IMG/VR virus record: IMGVR_UViG_3300049070_000315
Span: 1-40,271 of that record
Strand: one strand, 5' to 3'
Origin: a virus
Taxonomy: Duplodnaviria > Caudoviricetes
Length of the DNA: 40,271 nt
In this document: positions 1 through 8,641 of the stretch, one piece after another
How the letters are laid out: each line of letters opens with the position of its first letter
How positions within the stretch are numbered: the stretch's first letter is position 1
The notes under the pieces: model-generated
What the model was told of the DNA's origin: nothing
Databases searched by the model: none
The model's input: the letters and a program-made list of their open reading frames with translations, nothing else
Program-made: the position numbers and the translations under genes

Positions 1-948
1 CAAGACCTCGGCGACTTCTTGCGCGTTCAAGCCGGCCTGGGCCAGGGTCGTGGCAGCCTGCAGGACCTCGGACGCGGCGAAACGCGTCGAGTTGGCGACG
101 CTGAGGATCTGGTCCTCAAGAGACACCATCGCCGTGTCGGTGACGTGGGCGATGGCCTGGAACTGGGCGAAGGCCTGTTCCAGTTCAACGGACGAGCGCG
201 CCAGAAAGCCGGCGCTCTGCGTCACCGCGTTGATCAACTGGTAGTTGATCAGCAGGCGTGACTGGATCTCGAAGATGCCGGCGCCGCCGCGCTCGTTGAA
301 CCGGTCGAGCGTGTTCTCGATGGACGAACGCTGATTGAGTTCGGCCTGCTGCCGCTCGCGCGCGGCGCGCAGCTCGCGCTCTTTCTGGCGCGCCAGCCGC
401 GCGGCCTGCTGCTGTTCGATGCGGCGGTTCTTCTCAGCCTCGAGCCGCTGCTCTTGCGCGATGAGGTTCTCGTAGAGCTGGATGCGCTGACGCACTTCTG
501 CGCGCGTGAGGGACAGACCCTGGCCGCGCAGGGCGCCTTGGACGATCTTCTGGAACTCGGCATCGAGCTGACGACCGGATGCCAGGGTCCGATTGCGGAT
601 GTCGCGATAGACGCGGTCGATCTCGGCCTGCAGAGTCCGGATCGCCTGGCGGTCGAGTTTGACGCCAAGCAGGATTGGGTTGTTCTGCAGGTTGCGGATC
701 GCGCCCTGCACCTGGGCGCCAAGGATCTGCGCTTGCGGGTCGCCGCCGGCGACAGCGCGAATACCCTGCTGCAGCTGACGCAGGCCCGAGAAGCGGTTCG
801 AGCGGAACGTCGTCTGCAGCTGGGTGTCCAGCAGCTTGACCTGCTGTTCGAGTTGACGAACGGCCTGGGTTGCGTTCTGTGCGGCTCGAAGAAAGCCGGA
901 CGCATCACCAGTAAGCTGCCACCCAATATTTTGGGTTTCGTCCGTCAT
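1..948 (-). CDS. Tail tape measure protein, N-terminal part (runs off window)
   Basis: Not in the ORF track because there is no stop in the window. ATG at 948 overlaps the previous stop (ATGA). Reads MTDETQNIGWQLTGDASGFLRAAQNATQAVRQLEQQ..., Ala/Gln/Arg-rich and helical, directly after the tail chaperones. Confidence 0.8.
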   Translation of the reverse strand, partial: MTDETQNIGWQLTGDASGFLRAAQNATQAVRQLEQQVKLLDTQLQTTFRSNRFSGLRQLQQGIRAVAGGDPQAQILGAQVQGAIRNLQNNPILLGVKLDRQAIRTLQAEIDRVYRDIRNRTLASGRQLDAEFQKIVQGALRGQGLSLTRAEVRQRIQLYENLIAQEQRLEAEKNRRIEQQQAARLARQKERELRAARERQQAELNQRSSIENTLDRFNERGGAGIFEIQSRLLINYQLINAVTQSAGFLARSSVELEQAFAQFQAIAHVTDTAMVSLEDQILSVANSTRFAASEVLQAATTLAQAGLNAQEVAEVL

Positions 949-1651
949 GGCATCCCAAAGTTCAGGGCTGCGTTCAGCCGCGCTTGGACCTCGTCAAAGT
1001 TTCGCGGAGGTGGTTGCGTGGGCGCTGGCGGCCGGTCGCCCTGCTTGTCGTCACCTCCGAACAGGGTGGAGACGGCGATGATCACCGCTTCCATCTGATC
1101 GAACGACTGCACCTGAGCTTCGCCCACGCGCAGCCAGCACTTTGTGCGAACATCTCGGAACGAAATCCGCCACAGGAGCTCGTCGAGCTCAGACGGGAGG
1201 ACGTTGAAGGCCCAGCAGACGCTTTCTTCGAAGCTCAGGCTTTTCAGCCAGTCTGTGACAACCCGAGGTGTTCGAGCGGCTTCTGCACCTGGTCCTGCAG
1301 GCTTTTCAGCGAGGCGAGCCGCCCAATGGTAAAATTTGCGATGTGCGCCTGTGCCCAGACGCAGACCTTGTCGGCCGTGGCCGGCGTGATCATCACTTCA
1401 TCGAGATCGCAGTTCTCGAGCACCTTGCCCTTCTCGTTACGCCGCGCGAGGCAGGCGGCGAGCACGGCGTCGGCGTAGTCGGGCGAGAGGAGCATGCCGA
1501 AGGCGGCTTCGAGGCTGTCCGTCTTCGGAATCAGCTTCATGAGCTCGCGTAGGAGATTGTACGACATGAAGAGCTCGCGCTCTTCGCTGTCGACGTGGAC
1601 CGTCAGACGTTCTTGCGGATCGGCTGACGGGACGGGGGCGGCGTCCGTCAC
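945..1651 (-). CDS. Tail assembly chaperone, long -1 frameshift form (lambda gpGT-like)
   Basis: In-frame slippery heptamer A AAT TTT (1337-1331, minus strand). The -1 frame is open from there (FYHWAARL...TDWLKSLSFEESVCWAF...) into the 945..1127 ORF. Confidence 0.65.
1244..1651 (-). CDS. Tail assembly chaperone (gpG-like)
   Basis: Lies between the tail tube and tape measure genes. GTG at 1651 is best spaced from an AAGGA SD; the track uses TTG 1657. Confidence 0.7.
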   Translation of the reverse strand: MTDAAPVPSADPQERLTVHVDSEERELFMSYNLLRELMKLIPKTDSLEAAFGMLLSPDYADAVLAACLARRNEKGKVLENCDLDEVMITPATADKVCVWAQAHIANFTIGRLASLKSLQDQVQKPLEHLGLSQTG

Positions 1652-1669
1652 AGTCAAGTCCTTCTGGAA

Positions 1670-2440
1670 TTAGCCCTTGTACGCCAGGGCCATGCGGTTG
1701 GCGCCGATGGCCGCGTAGAGCGGGTCGGTCGAGACGAGCGAATAGGCCGTGAACTCGAACGGCATGTTCGAGAAGTTCTCCGTCTGGAAGGACAGAGCCA
1801 GGCCCTTGGTGATGCGGATCTTCGGGAAGAGGATCGTCACCGGCTCGTTGTTCTCCGGCAGGATGCCGACGATCTTCGCGGCGAGGGACGGCGAGGACGG
1901 CGGCAGACCGACCGGCAGTTCCTTCACGCGGAAAACGCGCGCGGTCGCGGCATCGAAGGCCACCGGCACGGGACGTTCGAGGTCGAGGTTGCCGGAGTTC
2001 ACGGTGACGCGCGTGACGTGCACGACGTCGTCGTTCGCGTTCTGGATCGCCACCCAATCACCATTCGAGAACGGCGTGACGTTGATGTTGGCGAGGTTCG
2101 CGTTGGCGGCGATGTTGGCGTCCAGCGTGTACGAGTTGGCGTCCGTGTTGTAGGAGTCGCCCGAGGCGTCGATGCCGGCGGCGTACGCGAGGTTGCGCGC
2201 CGTGTACTCGTAGACCTCCGCGCTGACGCGCACGTTGACCGAGTTCGGAACCGAATAGACGATCTGGTTCAGCACGCCTTGGGTCAGCTCGACGAGACCT
2301 TGCTCGGAGTTGACCTGGACGTTCTTCACCAGGCCGATGGAGTGGGCGGCCGGGTTCAGCGAATACAGATTCGCGTACGGGCCGATCATGAGCGTTCCAG
2401 CCGAAAGCAGGAACTGGGATGTTTTGGCTTCACCGGCCAT
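1670..2440 (-). CDS. Major tail tube protein
   Basis: 256 aa, beta-rich (IGLVKNVQV, LSFQTENFSNMPFEFT), position just upstream of chaperone and tape measure genes, GAGGAG SD. Confidence 0.7.
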   Translation of the reverse strand: MAGEAKTSQFLLSAGTLMIGPYANLYSLNPAAHSIGLVKNVQVNSEQGLVELTQGVLNQIVYSVPNSVNVRVSAEVYEYTARNLAYAAGIDASGDSYNTDANSYTLDANIAANANLANINVTPFSNGDWVAIQNANDDVVHVTRVTVNSGNLDLERPVPVAFDAATARVFRVKELPVGLPPSSPSLAAKIVGILPENNEPVTILFPKIRITKGLALSFQTENFSNMPFEFTAYSLVSTDPLYAAIGANRMALAYKG

Positions 2441-2506
2441 TGAACGAGGACTCCTCAGCGAAGGAAATTTGCGATTGGACTATGCTGAGCGGAGTCAGTG
2501 GGTTAT

Positions 2507-2546
2507 ACTGTGCGCCTCTATGCGGGACTGTGTGGGACTATCGGGA
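2507..2546. repeat. 10-bp-phased direct repeat array (ACTGTGCGCC TCTATGCGGG ACTGTGTGGG ACTATCGGGA), putative regulator binding site
   Basis: Read directly. The first 18 bp are identical to 8602-8619. Confidence 0.7.
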
Positions 2547-2574
2547 AGCGGCGTGTTTTCGGAGAAATACGCCC

Positions 2575-2937
2575 GTGAGCCACACCAGCTTTTCCTTGGC
2601 CTTGTCCGAGGACATTCATCGGAAACTGACCACGCGGGCCGCGCGCTACACGCGATCCGTGTCGGCCGAGGTGAACTATCTGCTTGAAGTAGCGCTTGAG
2701 AACGTAGGTCAGGAGGACATCGAGTTGACAGTGCCTGTCGACCTCTCGGTCGACCACCGCACTTGTCTGTGGCTCGCGCCCGACATCATCCGCCAGGTGC
2801 GCACGCGCTCTCGCATCTTCCGCCGGTTCGTCCGTGTCGAGATTCTCGTGCTGCTCAGCTGGGCCTTCATGCAGCTTTCGGATCAATCAGCGCGCGCACA
2901 GACACAAACTGATACACCCGCTGCTCTGAACGCGTGA
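2575..2937 (+). CDS. Arc/ribbon-helix-helix DNA-binding protein, probably two tandem RHH domains
   Basis: GTG 2575 with GGAG SD. SFSLALSEDIHRKLTTRAARYTRSVSAEVNYLLEVAL fits the Arc pattern; a second copy is TCLWLAPDIIRQVRTRSRIFRRFVRVEILVLL. Opposite strand to the late operon. Confidence 0.65.
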   Translation: MSHTSFSLALSEDIHRKLTTRAARYTRSVSAEVNYLLEVALENVGQEDIELTVPVDLSVDHRTCLWLAPDIIRQVRTRSRIFRRFVRVEILVLLSWAFMQLSDQSARAQTQTDTPAALNA

Positions 2938-3325
2938 CGGGCTCGGCGTGGACCGGCGCCGTCACCACCATCCAGCTGCGCGGCTCGGCCGCGGCGTGCG
3001 AGTAGAGCTTCAGGCGCGTCTCGGGCTGCAGCCGCGAGAACACGCGTGAGATGATCTTGCGCAGCCGGAACATGCTCACGTCCATCTCCGAGGAGATGCC
3101 GACCGCAAACTGCACCGTGACGATCTTGTCCGCGCCGATCTCGACGCCGATGGCGCCAGGGCCGATCAGGTCGCCCTCCGGCAGCTCGGGCTCGACGGCG
3201 TGCGCCTCCCAATCATGCAGCCGCAGCGTGTTGCTGAGGCCGTCCTGCTGGGCCTCTTCGGCGATGTCCTTGCAGAATTTCATCAGCGACTGGACGACGT
3301 CGTTGTAGAAGTCCTCGGTGATCAT
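2867..3325 (-). CDS. Probable tail terminator / neck protein
   Basis: 152 aa, position before the tail tube gene; no specific motif recognised. Confidence 0.5.
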   Translation of the reverse strand: MITEDFYNDVVQSLMKFCKDIAEEAQQDGLSNTLRLHDWEAHAVEPELPEGDLIGPGAIGVEIGADKIVTVQFAVGISSEMDVSMFRLRKIISRVFSRLQPETRLKLYSHAAAEPRSWMVVTAPVHAEPVTRSEQRVYQFVSVRALIDPKAA

Positions 3326-4167
3326 GTGCCCTCAAATTGTGAGCTGAGGCCGGTGGCGCGCCGGCGCTGGCCGCCGAAGGTGCGGCGTTGGAAATCGGCG
3401 AACTTCCACGAGAGCGCTCGCGGAATCCGATACTTGACCCAGAAATTGAGCAGCGGCGCCATCAGCGGCCGGTGCGCGCCGCGGCGGCCGGTGAGCTTGC
3501 GCGCCGTCGGCGTGTCGCCCAGGACGTAGCGCTCGAGCTGCGAGGCCGAGTTGGCGTCGAAGCGGAAATTGCCCAGCGCGTAGCGCGCGACGGTCGCGCC
3601 GGCGCGGGGAAAGATGGCGATGCGGAACTCGCCGATCACCTGCTTGAGCTGGGTCTTCGACGGCTTGAACTTGCTGGCCTTCGGCATCTGGATCAGGACG
3701 CCGCCCAGCTTGTTGTCGATGGCGCTCGCGAACTCGTCGGGAAAGGACCGCTCCAGGGCGCCGGTGAGGGCGAAGAACTGGATGCGCTCCTTCTTCAGGC
3801 CGTAGCCGCGCACGACGCCACCCCAGGTGACGTTGAGCGGCGGCGTGCTGCGGGGGAACGGGCCTGGACGCGCGCCGGCAGCGAGCTTCTGTGGATTGAA
3901 CGGCTGGATCGCGCGGAACGACCACATCGGGTGCTCTATCGTGCCGACGAAGGAGGCGGCCGTCTGGACCAGGCGGTCGAGCTCGCGCGCCATCTCGGCG
4001 CGCATCTGGTTCACGAGGCGCTGCAGGACCTCCGGCGTCGGGATGATGTCGCGCGTCTGGGTCTGCAGCACGTCGAACAGGCCATCGAGCATGACCTGAT
4101 TGATCTTCTCGCGCGGGTCACCCTTCTTGAACTGACGCTGGCCGACACGGATCTCTAGGGGCATCAC
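3322..4167 (-). CDS. Phage morphogenesis (tail completion-type) protein
   Basis: 281 aa, basic, C-terminal HRPLMAP motif like neck/tail completion proteins; start/stop overlaps with neighbours. Confidence 0.45.
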   Translation of the reverse strand: MMPLEIRVGQRQFKKGDPREKINQVMLDGLFDVLQTQTRDIIPTPEVLQRLVNQMRAEMARELDRLVQTAASFVGTIEHPMWSFRAIQPFNPQKLAAGARPGPFPRSTPPLNVTWGGVVRGYGLKKERIQFFALTGALERSFPDEFASAIDNKLGGVLIQMPKASKFKPSKTQLKQVIGEFRIAIFPRAGATVARYALGNFRFDANSASQLERYVLGDTPTARKLTGRRGAHRPLMAPLLNFWVKYRIPRALSWKFADFQRRTFGGQRRRATGLSSQFEGT

Positions 4168-4697
4168 TGCACCTCGACAGCATTGACGCCTAGACGCGGA
4201 TTGAGCCGCTTCACGATCTGACCGTCGAGCTTATCGCCCAGCCGGACGGCGGCGGCCGTCAGCACCGCGATGCGGTCCTCGGTCACGCGCAGGTTCACAT
4301 CGAGCTCCTCGCGCGGGATGAGCTCCCAGTTCACCCAAATGAAGCCCAGGTCCTGATCGTAGAGGCTCTTGGCCTGGCCGGTCAGGACATCTTCCGTCGT
4401 GCGGGACCGGAGCCAGGTCACGCGCCGGTTGGCCAGGAAGAGCTTGTGGGCGCGGTAGTGGCCCTCGACGTCGGCGTGCTCGGCAACCAGGTAGCGCAGA
4501 CCGCTGCGGGTGCGAATGATGTGGCCGGTCTGAATGATCGACTCGTCGCGGACCCGCAGGATGAGCCGGGGTGGGTTGAGTTGGCCGCTCAGGTCGCCCT
4601 CAGAAGGGGGCGAGAGGATACCGCGCGTCTTGGCGCCGGTAGCATCGACGATGATCTGCTCGAAGAAGCGGTCGCCCAAGCGGTCGAAGCGCTGCAT
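4164..4697 (-). CDS. Probable head closure / head-tail joining protein
   Basis: 177 aa in the neck module; call based on gene order. Confidence 0.45.
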   Translation of the reverse strand: MQRFDRLGDRFFEQIIVDATGAKTRGILSPPSEGDLSGQLNPPRLILRVRDESIIQTGHIIRTRSGLRYLVAEHADVEGHYRAHKLFLANRRVTWLRSRTTEDVLTGQAKSLYDQDLGFIWVNWELIPREELDVNLRVTEDRIAVLTAAAVRLGDKLDGQIVKRLNPRLGVNAVEVQ

Positions 4698-4700
4698 GGC

Positions 4701-5408
4701 CTAGGCTCCCGTGACGATGTCCGTCGGCTCGGTCAGGAGGATCAGCGTCGGGGCGACCTCAGTGCCGGAGAGCGTCTCAAGTGCTGCGGCCACGCGAGCG
4801 CCGAGGTCGGCCGCCAGCAGCTCAAAGTCCAACTTCGCGCGCGTGACCTCCAGAGTGCCGTTGACCTCCTTCTGGGCGATACGGTGCCGTAGCGCCGGCA
4901 GGGCGCGTAGGGCGGCGATGGCAATGATGAGGTCGTTCGCTGCAGCCTCGCTGCTCGTGCCTGCCGCCAGGGCTTCCTCGAGCGCTTCTCGGCCAGCTTT
5001 CGCCTCGGCCTCGAAGTATGCGCCGGGGATGTCGATCAGGGTGTCCGGAAACTCGCCGCTGTCGAGGCCGACGACGGCCCGCACCAGGTCTGGCGTGGCG
5101 TAGGTGTTGAGCCAGGGCGTCAGGCGATAGGGGAAGCTCTGCGTCCACGGCTCGTCACCGTTGAGGGCGCTGACGACCAGCGTGCGCTTCTCGAAGCGGG
5201 AGTCGACCCCCAGCGTGTTGAGATTGGCCGCCAGGCTGAACGTATGGGCGGTGGCGTTGCCGACCGCGGCGTTGCCGTTCGCCACCACCGCGCCGCCCTG
5301 GCCGCGCAGCTCGTAGGTGACGTTGGCGGCCGGGATAAACGGCTCGCCATCGTCCTCGAATGACACGCGCAAATCGACGACCGCGTTGGCGACGAAGGTC
5401 TTCATCAA
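4701..5408 (-). CDS. Probable head-tail adaptor protein
   Basis: 235 aa. YATPDLVRAVVG resembles adaptor N-terminal motifs and is preceded by a beta-rich domain. Confidence 0.5.
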   Translation of the reverse strand: MMKTFVANAVVDLRVSFEDDGEPFIPAANVTYELRGQGGAVVANGNAAVGNATAHTFSLAANLNTLGVDSRFEKRTLVVSALNGDEPWTQSFPYRLTPWLNTYATPDLVRAVVGLDSGEFPDTLIDIPGAYFEAEAKAGREALEEALAAGTSSEAAANDLIIAIAALRALPALRHRIAQKEVNGTLEVTRAKLDFELLAADLGARVAAALETLSGTEVAPTLILLTEPTDIVTGA

Positions 5409-5692
5409 GCCTTGGCTTTCTTCTTCGTGGTCGCCTGCACACCATGGGTGGACAGGAAGCTGTCGACGGCGAGCTCGGCATCGCCCGCGGCCTCCGTCCA
5501 GAACTCGGCGAAGAGGTGGTCGGTGGCCTCGGGTTTGAGTTCACCGAGGAGCTTCACCTGGCCGCAGCTGATGCGGGCTTGGAGGAAGTCGCACTGGTTC
5601 ACGACACAGGGCCGGCGCGCATGGATCACGCCCAGCTCCCAATGTGAGAGGCCAAACTGGCCTGTGGTTTCGGCGAGGAATTTCGTCTTCAT
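5405..5692 (-). CDS. Hypothetical phage protein
   Basis: 95 aa ORF coupled to the downstream gene, following the major capsid gene. Confidence 0.6.
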   Translation of the reverse strand: MKTKFLAETTGQFGLSHWELGVIHARRPCVVNQCDFLQARISCGQVKLLGELKPEATDHLFAEFWTEAAGDAELAVDSFLSTHGVQATTKKKAKA

Positions 5693-5720
5693 GTGGAGGT
5701 GGCAGTCCCTCAGGTGGTGG

Positions 5721-5757
5721 AAAAACTTCGGGGCCTGCCTGTGGCCGGCAGGCCCCG
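5721..5757 (-). terminator. Intrinsic terminator after the major capsid gene
   Basis: 11-bp stem CGGGGCCTGCC/GGCAGGCCCCG followed on the minus strand by AAGTTTTT. Confidence 0.65.
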
Positions 5758-5782
5758 ATTTTGGGTCGCAGGTTCAGCCTGC

Positions 5783-6988
5783 TTACGCCGCGCCGTAGTC
5801 GAGCACGGCGCGCGTGTCGCCGAACAGCAACTTGTGGCCGGTGTTCTCGGTGCGGTAGTACGAGATCTGCTGCGTGGACATCAGACGCTCGGTCTCCTGC
5901 AGGATCGAACCGGCTTCGGTCAGCTCTTCAGCAGTCGTCGGCGAGTTGATGCCGAGCAGCTTGCCAGAAGCCACCGCCGTGTTGATCTTGAAGCGCACCG
6001 GCAGGATCACCTTCGGCATGGCCGAGATGTCGGCGCCGAAGCGCTTCATCGTCTCGCCGATGGATTCGCCGGTATTGGCCTGCGGGATCGCGAACATCTT
6101 GTTCCACTGGAAGAACGCGTCCCAGTCGCCCATGACGACGTCGACCGGCACGCCCGCGCGGGCGCGCTGCGTCAGCCAATAGAGGACGCCCAGGTAGGCG
6201 ATCTGGCCAGCCGTGTGGGTGAAGCCCGCGGCCGTCGCGTATGTCGACTGGTCGACCTCGGTCGCGGCCGGGTTCACGCCGTCGCCGTTCACGAGCAGGT
6301 CGGTCAGCGTGTAGACCTTCGAGCGCTCGATCTCTTGCAGGATGCGCGCAACGTACGGGGTCAGCGTGTCCAGACGGATCCGGCGCTCGAACTCATAGGT
6401 CGTCTTCACGCCCATGCCGAACTTCCAGATCTTCACCGTGTTCGTCGAGGCGCGGATCGACCAGGTCGGGATGCGGCCGCCTTCGGTCACGAGCGCGGCC
6501 GGGCCTTCCTCGTAGTCGGCTGCCGTGTCGTTCACCGTGGTCGAGATGACCTCGGCGCCGGCAATGGTGCGCCGATTGGCGACCATGCCTTCGGTCGTCT
6601 CGAAGGTCACCAGGCGCTGGGCCCAGCGCAGAACGTCGTCGAGCACTTCCGGGAACAGCGTGCGCACGCCCGGGAAGGTCTGGAACGTCTCGGACGCCAG
6701 CTGCAGCATCACGCCGCTGTCGATGTCGTCGCGGATCGGCAGGTTGAGGAACGCGAGCGCGGCCTCGTAGCCGTTCAGGAGCGCGTTGCCGTCCTTGAAC
6801 CGCTCAGGGTCCTTCGACAGCTTCGGGTCGATCTTCAGCCGCAAGTAGTCGCGTAGGCCGTCGCAGCCGGCGTCCTTGGCTTCGCGAATCAGGCGCATGC
6901 CGAACTCGCCAGATTGCTGCGGGGATTCCGCCAGCAACGGGGCGAGGAACTCGACGCCTTCACGCTTGATCAGGTGGAGAGGTTTCAT
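5783..6988 (-). CDS. Major capsid protein (HK97-fold)
   Basis: 401 aa. VTEGGRIP...TVKIWKFGMGVKTTYE and LLVNGDG are capsid-like motifs; AAAGGAG SD; follows protease and decoration genes. Confidence 0.85.
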   Translation of the reverse strand: MKPLHLIKREGVEFLAPLLAESPQQSGEFGMRLIREAKDAGCDGLRDYLRLKIDPKLSKDPERFKDGNALLNGYEAALAFLNLPIRDDIDSGVMLQLASETFQTFPGVRTLFPEVLDDVLRWAQRLVTFETTEGMVANRRTIAGAEVISTTVNDTAADYEEGPAALVTEGGRIPTWSIRASTNTVKIWKFGMGVKTTYEFERRIRLDTLTPYVARILQEIERSKVYTLTDLLVNGDGVNPAATEVDQSTYATAAGFTHTAGQIAYLGVLYWLTQRARAGVPVDVVMGDWDAFFQWNKMFAIPQANTGESIGETMKRFGADISAMPKVILPVRFKINTAVASGKLLGINSPTTAEELTEAGSILQETERLMSTQQISYYRTENTGHKLLFGDTRAVLDYGAA

Positions 6989-7004
6989 TTGCGCGGAGGC
7001 TCCT

Positions 7005-7427
7005 TTAGAGTTTCACGACGACGGCGAAGCCGGTGCGGACCTCGGCCACCCAGGCACGGTCGTGGGGACCGGCGTTGGCGAGGTTGGCGAGGGCTTTGAC
7101 GGCGCCGCTGGTCGCGCCGCCGACAACGATGTCGCCGACGTTGACGGTCTGGTTCGCTGCGATGGGCAGCAAACCGGCGAACATGAGGGCGACGGTGCCG
7201 ACATTGCCGCCGTCACGATCATCGCGATCCTCGAACTTGATCAGCCGAGCAACGATGGGGTCGTTGTTGCCCGCGAGCTTGAACTTGTTCGCGGCCGTGG
7301 TGTCCACCGTCAGGGCTTTGCCCTCATCGTTCGCTACGATGTTGGCGTCGAGCTTCGCCGGGACATGGAAGTCGTCGAAGCTGATCCCAGCGAGGGACAC
7401 CCGGTTGTGGAAGGGAGTGCTAACCAT
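7005..7427 (-). CDS. Head decoration / cement protein
   Basis: 140 aa, Gly/Ala/Val-rich, between scaffold and capsid genes. Confidence 0.6.
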   Translation of the reverse strand: MVSTPFHNRVSLAGISFDDFHVPAKLDANIVANDEGKALTVDTTAANKFKLAGNNDPIVARLIKFEDRDDRDGGNVGTVALMFAGLLPIAANQTVNVGDIVVGGATSGAVKALANLANAGPHDRAWVAEVRTGFAVVVKL

Positions 7428-7441
7428 TGGTCAGGAAGTCC

Positions 7442-8563
7442 TTACTTCTGGGTGCGGAATGCGCCGATGGATTGGGCAGGCTCAGCTTGCGACGCGTCAG
7501 CTGTCTGCGCTCGGCCGCCAACCGGGATGATGGCGGTGAGGGTTTCGTTGGCCGTCTTGATCGACTCGACGAGAGCGGCGACGTCAGTCGGGACGTCTTC
7601 GACCTTCTTGCCCAGCGCGAGGGCTTGGCGCTTGGCGATGTCGGTCAGCGCGGCGACGGCGGCCTCGAACTCAGCCTTCTTCGGCGCAGCGGCGACGGCT
7701 TCATTCGCGGTGGCGAGATCGGCGGTCAGCTGTGCGACCTGCGCTTCAGCTGCGGTCGCGCGCGTTTCGGCAGCCGCCACCTTCGCTTCGGCCGCGGTCG
7801 TCTTGGCGGCTTCGCTGGCGATGGCGGCGGTAAATTCTTGGACGTTCACTTGGTCGTCTCCTTGGACATCTGCGGTGGCGATGAGCACCTTCGCGCGCAT
7901 CGCGTTGGGATCGGAGGAGGCGGCCAGGCGCTGGTAGGCGCCGTTGTCGAAATTCGACTTGGAAGGGCCCAGAATGAATGCGCCTTCCGCTCCGCCTTTG
8001 CCGACGGCGCTCAACTCGAACCAGGAGTCGAGGCCTGAAATCTTCGCGTGCGCGCCCTCTTCACCCATCACGGCGCCGCACTTCTTGTTGCCGCACTCGC
8101 CGGTGAAGAAGTTCATGATGTCGGCGTCATCGCCCATGAAGTCCCAGCCGCACTCGGAGCACTCGACGTGCTTGGCCAGCGCAGCGATGGACACCTGGTC
8201 GACGGTGCCAGCGTTGATCTTCTCGATCAGCTCCTTGCCTTCGCCCGCGGGATTGATCGCGAACTGAACGGCGAGCTGACCTTCCGGCGTCACCGTGCCT
8301 GCGAACACACGACCGAGGGGCAGCTCGGAGCTGTCGTGCATCACCTGGAACGGCACGCTCTCCCGCGCGAGTTGCTCGCGCATCTGGTGCAGGTAGGACG
8401 GCGTGTGCTGCGCGCCTTTCCACACCTTCGGGAAGCTCTTGCGAATCGGCCGAGTGTTCAGGGCCACCGCCTCGAACACCGCGTAACCGGACAGATCGGC
8501 TTCATCGCCGAAGGCTGCCCGCATGCGCTCCATCACTTGAGCCGTGATCGGAATCTGCTTCAT
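7442..8563 (-). CDS. Prohead protease / scaffold protein
   Basis: MHDSSELPLGRVF and FELSAVGKG protease-like motifs, inserted Cys cluster (CSECG...C...CG), Ala-rich coiled-coil C-terminus. Confidence 0.7.
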   Translation of the reverse strand: MKQIPITAQVMERMRAAFGDEADLSGYAVFEAVALNTRPIRKSFPKVWKGAQHTPSYLHQMREQLARESVPFQVMHDSSELPLGRVFAGTVTPEGQLAVQFAINPAGEGKELIEKINAGTVDQVSIAALAKHVECSECGWDFMGDDADIMNFFTGECGNKKCGAVMGEEGAHAKISGLDSWFELSAVGKGGAEGAFILGPSKSNFDNGAYQRLAASSDPNAMRAKVLIATADVQGDDQVNVQEFTAAIASEAAKTTAAEAKVAAAETRATAAEAQVAQLTADLATANEAVAAAPKKAEFEAAVAALTDIAKRQALALGKKVEDVPTDVAALVESIKTANETLTAIIPVGGRAQTADASQAEPAQSIGAFRTQK

Positions 8564-8601
8564 CGCACGTGCAGGAAAGCCTGACGCGAGGCGCCGGGTA
8601 C

Positions 8602-8641
8602 ACTGTGCGCCTCTATGCGAGACTATGCGGCGCTATGCTTC
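8602..8641. repeat. 10-bp-phased direct repeat array (ACTGTGCGCC TCTATGCGAG ACTATGCGGC GCTATGCTTC)
   Basis: Read directly, upstream of the protease/capsid genes. Confidence 0.7.
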
